64,000 nucleotides of DNA from a bacterium (lineage in GTDB: Bacteria; UBA8248): assembly GCA_965204535.1 (NCBI GenBank), contig CBDBEV010000001.1, positions 2,176,001-2,240,000 of the forward strand, given 5' to 3'. Shown one piece after another: positions 58,840 through 64,000 of this stretch (position 1 is the first letter of the stretch; every line of letters begins with the position of its first letter). The notes beneath the pieces were generated by a model that saw only the letters and a list, made by a program, of their open reading frames with translations, ran no database searches and had not been told where the DNA came from. The position numbers and the translations under genes are program-made.

Positions 58840-59826
58840 ATGGCAAGAAGAATCGTTCCAATCGTTTTCGTGGCCATCGCGTTTCTCCTCACCCAGGGAG
58901 CGGCCCCTGCCTTGGGAGCCAAGGTCGTCATCAAAGTCGGCCACATGTACAGCAACAAGAACCCCACCCATTACGGGGCCATCGAATTCGGAAAGATGCT
59001 CGACAAGCTCAGCAAGGGAACCATGGAGGTGCAGGTGTTCCTGAAGGGACAGGTCGGCGACGGAAAGACGCAGTTGCAGTCGGTGCAGTTGGGCGCGATC
59101 CAGGCGACGTTCCAGGGGCTCACGCAGTTTCCGGCGTATGACAGCCTGAACCTCCCCTACTTCTGGAAGAGCACCAGGCACGTGCGCACGGTCGCCAACG
59201 GGCCGCTGTTCGAGCGCTGGCGCAAGGATTTTTTGAAAAAGCGCGGGACGATTATGGTCAGCGTCATCAACCGGGGCGCGCGGCACGTGCTCTCGCGCAA
59301 GAAGCCGCTCAAGACGCTCGCCGATTTCAAGGGCCTCAAGATTCGCGTTCCCCAGGCGCCTCCCTGGGTGCTGGCCTTCCGGGGACTTGGGTCGAAGCCC
59401 ACGCCGATGTCCTGGGCGGACGTGTATAACGCCATGCTGCTGGGCACGGTCGACGCCATGGAGAACACCCTGGAGACGCTCTACACGAACAAGTTCTACG
59501 AAGTGGGCAAACACCTGACGCTCACCTCGCACCTCTCCTCGACGTCGTACTTCATGGTGAACGACAAGTGGCACAAAGGCCTGAACAAGCAGCAGCGCAA
59601 GTGGTTCGACGACGCGCTGGCCAAGGGCATCGCCCACGCGCAGAAGATATACACCGACCTCGAGAACGCCTATCTGGACAAGTTCAAGAAAAAGGGCGTG
59701 AATATCTACAACATCAACGTGGATGAGTTCGCCAAGAAGACCGCCTCGGCCGCGGAGACGATTGGAACGAAGGGATGGGGCAAGGATTTCTTCGCGAAGG
59801 TCAAGGCCACGCGGGCGAAGTTCTAG
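58840..59826 (+). CDS. dctP: TRAP substrate-binding protein
   Basis: Signal peptide, GARH, DFKGLKIRVP, PTPMSWADVYNA..GTVDAMEN, FYEV.KHLTLTSH. Confidence 0.92.
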   Translation: MARRIVPIVFVAIAFLLTQGAAPALGAKVVIKVGHMYSNKNPTHYGAIEFGKMLDKLSKGTMEVQVFLKGQVGDGKTQLQSVQLGAIQATFQGLTQFPAYDSLNLPYFWKSTRHVRTVANGPLFERWRKDFLKKRGTIMVSVINRGARHVLSRKKPLKTLADFKGLKIRVPQAPPWVLAFRGLGSKPTPMSWADVYNAMLLGTVDAMENTLETLYTNKFYEVGKHLTLTSHLSSTSYFMVNDKWHKGLNKQQRKWFDDALAKGIAHAQKIYTDLENAYLDKFKKKGVNIYNINVDEFAKKTASAAETIGTKGWGKDFFAKVKATRAKF

Positions 59827-59876
59827 CAGAGTAGTCTGAATTCGCGCCGGGTAAGCACACGGCGCGGCAAGTAATC

Positions 59877-59915
59877 AAACACCGCCGGATATTGGTGAGC
59901 CGGCGGTGTTTTTTT
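59877..59915. terminator. Terminator between convergent dctP and dctM
   Basis: aaacaccgccgg...ccggcggtgttt plus T run. Confidence 0.7.
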
Positions 59916-59923
59916 GTGTCGTC

Positions 59924-61210
59924 TTATTCGACCGGCAGCAGCAGGTTCGGCAGCCACATGACGAACGGTGCGTAATAGACGATGGCGAACAGGGTGACGA
60001 TAAGCGGAATATAAAAAGGCGCAGTGGCCCGCACGATGGTCCAGAAGGGTACTTTCGTGATGTCCGACACCACGTAGAGAGCGAGCGCGAACGGTGGCGT
60101 GAGGTTTCCGATGACGAGGTTCAGCACCATAAAGACGCCCAGGTGCACGAGGTCGATGTCCAGCGCCTGGGCGATGGGCAGCATGACCGGCGTCACGATG
60201 AGCAGCAGGGGCGTGGGCTCCATCACCATGCCGCCGATGAGCAGGAAGATGTTGAGCACAAAGAGGATGAGCCACTTTTCCTGCAAAGCGGTCATGAGGA
60301 AATGAGCGAAGATGAAAGGGATGCGCTCGATGGTGATGAGTCGCGTGAAAACCGAAGCGGCCGAGAAAATGAACAGCACCACCGCCGTATAGATGATCAC
60401 TGTCGATAGGATGCGGGGCAGATCGGATGGGCGCACCTCCTTGTAGACCACCATCCCGAGAAACAGCGACCACGCCACGGCGAGCACGGCCGCCTCGGTG
60501 GGCGTCGTGGCGCCCGAGCCGATGCCGCCCAGGATGATCGCGGGCGTCATCAGAGCCAGAAAGGCGGAGCGGAAGCTCTTCCAAATCTGCGCGAGAGAGG
60601 CGCGCGGGTATTTTTTGTATCCCCGGTTGCGGGAGATGAAGTAGACGATCACCATCATCGCGGCGCCCATGAAGAAGCCCGGAATCACGCCGCCCAGAAA
60701 GACGCGCCCCGCCGATTCCTCGGCGATGCTCGCGTATATCACCATGATGATGCTGGGCGGGATGATGGGACCGATGCAGGAACTCGCGGCCGTAACGGCT
60801 GCGGAGAAGGGCTTGTCGTAGCCCTCCTTGGTCATGCCCTCTATTTCCACCCGGCCCAGCCCCGCCGCGTCGGCGAGCGCCGAGCCGGACATGCCGGCAA
60901 AGATGATGCTGGCGACGATGTTGGCGTGTCCGAGACTGCCGGTTAAATGGCCCACCAGCACTTTGGCGAAATCGAAAATCCTGTCCGTCACCTTCGATAT
61001 GTTCATGACCTGGGCGGCGAAGATGAACAGCGGAATGGCGATGAGAGAGTAATGCTCCAAAGCGCCGATCATGATGCTCGCCAGGAAGGTGACCGGCATT
61101 TCGGAGAGAAACGTCAGGTAAAACAGGCAGGTGAAGACCAGTGCGAAGGCTATTGGGGTGCTGAACGCGAGGAAGAAGAAAAACAGTAAAACGAGAATCA
61201 AGGCGTTCAT
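59924..61210 (-). CDS. dctM: TRAP large permease
   Basis: AIPLFIFA, FAGMSGSALADAA, IGPIIPPSI, TPTEAA, GNLTPP. Confidence 0.94.
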   Translation of the reverse strand: MNALILVLLFFFFLAFSTPIAFALVFTCLFYLTFLSEMPVTFLASIMIGALEHYSLIAIPLFIFAAQVMNISKVTDRIFDFAKVLVGHLTGSLGHANIVASIIFAGMSGSALADAAGLGRVEIEGMTKEGYDKPFSAAVTAASSCIGPIIPPSIIMVIYASIAEESAGRVFLGGVIPGFFMGAAMMVIVYFISRNRGYKKYPRASLAQIWKSFRSAFLALMTPAIILGGIGSGATTPTEAAVLAVAWSLFLGMVVYKEVRPSDLPRILSTVIIYTAVVLFIFSAASVFTRLITIERIPFIFAHFLMTALQEKWLILFVLNIFLLIGGMVMEPTPLLLIVTPVMLPIAQALDIDLVHLGVFMVLNLVIGNLTPPFALALYVVSDITKVPFWTIVRATAPFYIPLIVTLFAIVYYAPFVMWLPNLLLPVE

Positions 61211-61226
61211 GCCGATTACCTCTCGC

Positions 61227-61895
61227 TCAGACCGCCGGGGAACTCCGGTGGCCCAGTTCCGCCTTGCCCGTGATCAAACCCAACAGCTGACGCCCCGAGT
61301 GGATGATCATCAGGGTCATTCCCACCGGAAACGACGCGCTCTGGTAGGTCTGCGGGAATTCGAGGGCAGAAGAAGGATAGGTCCATTCCAGAATAGCCAC
61401 CTTGATCCCCTGGTACAGGAGCAGCAGAAGCGTCAAGAAGATGAGGACTTCGGTGATGGTGTAAATTCTTCTCTGTAAATTCTCTGGAAAGTGACCGACG
61501 AATGTTTCCATGGCCAGTTTCTCGCCGTGCTTGTATGCGAGTGCGGCGCCGAGAAAAATGGCCCAGTGGAAACACAGCAGCGTGATTTCCTCGGCCCATA
61601 CAATGGGGTCGTTCAGGACGTATCTGAAATACACCTGCATGAAGACGAGATAGCCGATGGCCGCCATGAAGGGAAACGCGAGAATCTCCTCCAGATTGCG
61701 CAGCAGGAACACACCGCCTTCGAACTTCACCTGGCGCACGAGGTATGTGATGAGGCAAGTGATGAGGATGACGGGGACGAGGTAGTGAAAAAGAGGGATG
61801 CTGATGAGCATGAGCGGCGGCTGGATCAGCGTTATGAAAACCCAGGCGACGGCCTTGAATAACGCCACGAAAGGTAGAAATATCCACTCCGACAC
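61227..61895 (-). CDS. dctQ: TRAP small permease with N-terminal hydrophobic extension
   Basis: QVYFRYVLNDPIVWAEEIT...WAIFLGAA. Confidence 0.88.
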   Translation of the reverse strand: MSEWIFLPFVALFKAVAWVFITLIQPPLMLISIPLFHYLVPVILITCLITYLVRQVKFEGGVFLLRNLEEILAFPFMAAIGYLVFMQVYFRYVLNDPIVWAEEITLLCFHWAIFLGAALAYKHGEKLAMETFVGHFPENLQRRIYTITEVLIFLTLLLLLYQGIKVAILEWTYPSSALEFPQTYQSASFPVGMTLMIIHSGRQLLGLITGKAELGHRSSPAV

Positions 61896-62009
61896 GACAT
61901 GACCCCTTATGGGGAAGCGAATGTCCGATGCCCGGGATTTCCCTTTTTCAGTATGTCCACATTGTGCAGAAGCATGGAGCCGGGGTCAACCGGTCGTTTT
62001 CGGGGCCGG

Positions 62010-63110
62010 TTAGAGGTCGCGCCACGGCTGGAGCACGGTCTTCACCTGTTCTTCCCCGGGGAACTCCCCGCCCGTGATTCGCACGGCGCGCTCCGCCTCG
62101 GCGAGCGGGAAGCGGTGGGTCACCATCTCCGTGAAGGGATAGGGAGCGTGCGCCGCGAAGTCGAGCGCGCCCCGCACGGCGTCGCTCGTGTGGCTGTATG
62201 CGCCCTGGATGCGGATTTCGCCCCACACAAGGGGGTCGAGTTCCAGAGTCCCCTCTTTCCCGCCGGTGAGCCCGGCCAGTACTACCGTGCCCATCCTCCG
62301 CACGAGCTTTGGGGCGAGGCCCGTGGCAGCCGGGTTGCCCGTCACGTCGACCACCACGTCCGCCATCCGCCCGCCCGTGAGTTCCCGGACTTCTTCTTCG
62401 GGGTCTTTTTCCTCGATGTCGATAGCGTGGTCCGCGCCGAAGCGTTTCGCCTCCTCCAGGCGCTTCGCGTCGCGCGCGAGGCCGGTGACGATCACCTGTC
62501 CCGCGCCGGTGTGCTTCGCCACGGCGCACGCGCATAGGCCTTGGGGCCCGGGACCCAGCACCACCACGGTGTCGCCGACCGAGATGTCGCCCAGGTCGTG
62601 CGCCCATCGCACCCCGTTCGCCAGCACGGCGGTGATGAGCACGGCGGATTCATCCGTGAGGCCCTCAGGCGCCTTGTGGATGCCCGCGCCCGGCGGCAGG
62701 TAGACGTATTGCCCGTAAGCGCCCCACAGGTGCGGCGGCTCCGCGCAGGAGCGCACGCTGCCGTAGACCATCGCGTCCTTGCACAGGCGGCGGTTGCCGG
62801 TGTGGCAGTACCAGCACTGGTTGCAGCCCACCTGCGCCTCCACCACGAGGCGGTCGCCCTCCTGGACGCCGAGGCGCTTCTGGACGTTCTTGCCAACTTT
62901 GGCGAGGCGGCCCACCATCTCGTGGCCCATGATGATGGGGTAGCTCCACCGGTGGGCGACCTTGCCATTGAAATACTTGTAATCGGACGAGCAGACGCCC
63001 ACCATGTCGACCTGGAGCAGGCCGTCCTCATCGCCTATCTCGGGCAGGGGGAATTCCTGCAGGCGGATTGTACCGGGCGTCTCTACGACGGCTGAAACTT
63101 CATGCGTCAT
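62010..63110 (-). CDS. Zn-dependent alcohol dehydrogenase family protein
   Basis: GVCSSD, MGHEMVG, CNQCWYCHTGNRRLC structural-Zn motif, GPGPQG. Confidence 0.92.
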   Translation of the reverse strand: MTHEVSAVVETPGTIRLQEFPLPEIGDEDGLLQVDMVGVCSSDYKYFNGKVAHRWSYPIIMGHEMVGRLAKVGKNVQKRLGVQEGDRLVVEAQVGCNQCWYCHTGNRRLCKDAMVYGSVRSCAEPPHLWGAYGQYVYLPPGAGIHKAPEGLTDESAVLITAVLANGVRWAHDLGDISVGDTVVVLGPGPQGLCACAVAKHTGAGQVIVTGLARDAKRLEEAKRFGADHAIDIEEKDPEEEVRELTGGRMADVVVDVTGNPAATGLAPKLVRRMGTVVLAGLTGGKEGTLELDPLVWGEIRIQGAYSHTSDAVRGALDFAAHAPYPFTEMVTHRFPLAEAERAVRITGGEFPGEEQVKTVLQPWRDL

Positions 63111-63140
63111 GGTCGTCTCCCGTAATTCGTTTGCACAGCG

Positions 63141-63797
63141 TCAATCGGTGTCGAACTTCTGCGCAAGGCGGGGGAAGAGGTCGCGCATGGATTCGCCCCC
63201 CGCGATGCGCCCTTTGACCTCGTTTTCGATATCCCGAATCCGGGTGACCTGCCGCTTCACCTTCTTCAGAGCGCTTTGCGGAACGACGGCCACGCCGTCG
63301 ATGTCCGCGACGACGATGTCCCCCGGCTCCACGCGCACCCCGCAGCAGGTGACGGGCTCGTCTTTCGCCACGACTTCGAGATGCTTCGGGAAGGCGAGGC
63401 TCCACACCGATTTGCTGAACACGGGGAAATCGAGGTCGCGGAGCGCTTCCAGGTCGCGCGTCGCGCCGTCGATCACGCAGCCGAGGGCGCCGCGCCGCTT
63501 GCAGACGCTGCTCGCGCCCCCGCCCCATACGGCCAGGGGAGAGCCCGCCGCGTCGACGACGACCACGGAGCCTTCCGGCACTTCTTCCACCGCGTCATAG
63601 AGGCTGAACAGCGCCTTGGCGCCCGGGTTCCGCACCGGCGCGAACACCATGGTAGCGGCCGGCCCTGCGAACCTGGGATACGTCTCGGGGGCGTTGGGCC
63701 GGGGGCCTTCCATGATGAGGTTCAGCCCCAGAGCCGTTGCGGCGTCGCCGAGCGTCGCCGTGTCGACATCCGAGAAAAAAGCCGCGTCGGAATCCAT
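63141..63797 (-). CDS. RraA / HMG aldolase family protein
   Basis: TATLGDA, AVWGG, GCVIDGATRD, VEPGDIVVADIDGVAVVP; AAGGAG before ATG 63797. Confidence 0.88.
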   Translation of the reverse strand: MDSDAAFFSDVDTATLGDAATALGLNLIMEGPRPNAPETYPRFAGPAATMVFAPVRNPGAKALFSLYDAVEEVPEGSVVVVDAAGSPLAVWGGGASSVCKRRGALGCVIDGATRDLEALRDLDFPVFSKSVWSLAFPKHLEVVAKDEPVTCCGVRVEPGDIVVADIDGVAVVPQSALKKVKRQVTRIRDIENEVKGRIAGGESMRDLFPRLAQKFDTD

Positions 63798-64000
63798 CCG
63801 GGTCTCCTTTTTTATGTTGAAGACTTGGCTGCGCGCATCCGCCATGTTCGGCATGGGGGCAGTATAATCGTTCCAGGAGAAAAACACATGAGAACCCACC
63901 AGATCACGTTCACGGTTCCGACTACGGACTCCAACACCCCCAGGAAGGGTGAACAAACCCCCCGTTCGGGCTAAGATGGGTTCATCGTCCAAGTCTGTTT

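Overview
High-GC bacterial chromosomal segment, mostly nutrient uptake and catabolism. It carries a CoA-transferase (truncated at the window edge), tRNA-Pro(TGG), a TAXI-TRAP transporter divergent from lhgO, a sugar ABC operon with a duplicated permease, a complete phoBR-pstSCAB-phoU locus with a Pho box, a peptide ABC operon, a DctPQM TRAP system and several dehydrogenases and hydrolases. The most notable items are: (1) a selenoprotein the ORF track splits in two, a PrdB-like reductase subunit with an in-frame UGA in a U-P-L-C motif and a SECIS-like hairpin, ending an amidohydrolase-NifU-MFS-MFS operon with no prdA/grd partners in the window; (2) a two-gene cobalt nitrile/thiocyanate hydratase-like system lacking a gene for the N-terminal half of the beta subunit; (3) an AT-rich insert encoding a 1198-aa PIN-domain protein, a candidate defence gene; (4) a nested repeat system in which MITEs with IS-like ends carry GTAG-REP doublets and recurrently abut a second palindromic repeat family; (5) a PlsY paralogue with degenerate catalytic motifs; (6) a large TbpB-like surface lipoprotein inside the densest repeat zone. 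All family calls are from motif recognition by eye; no searches were run.
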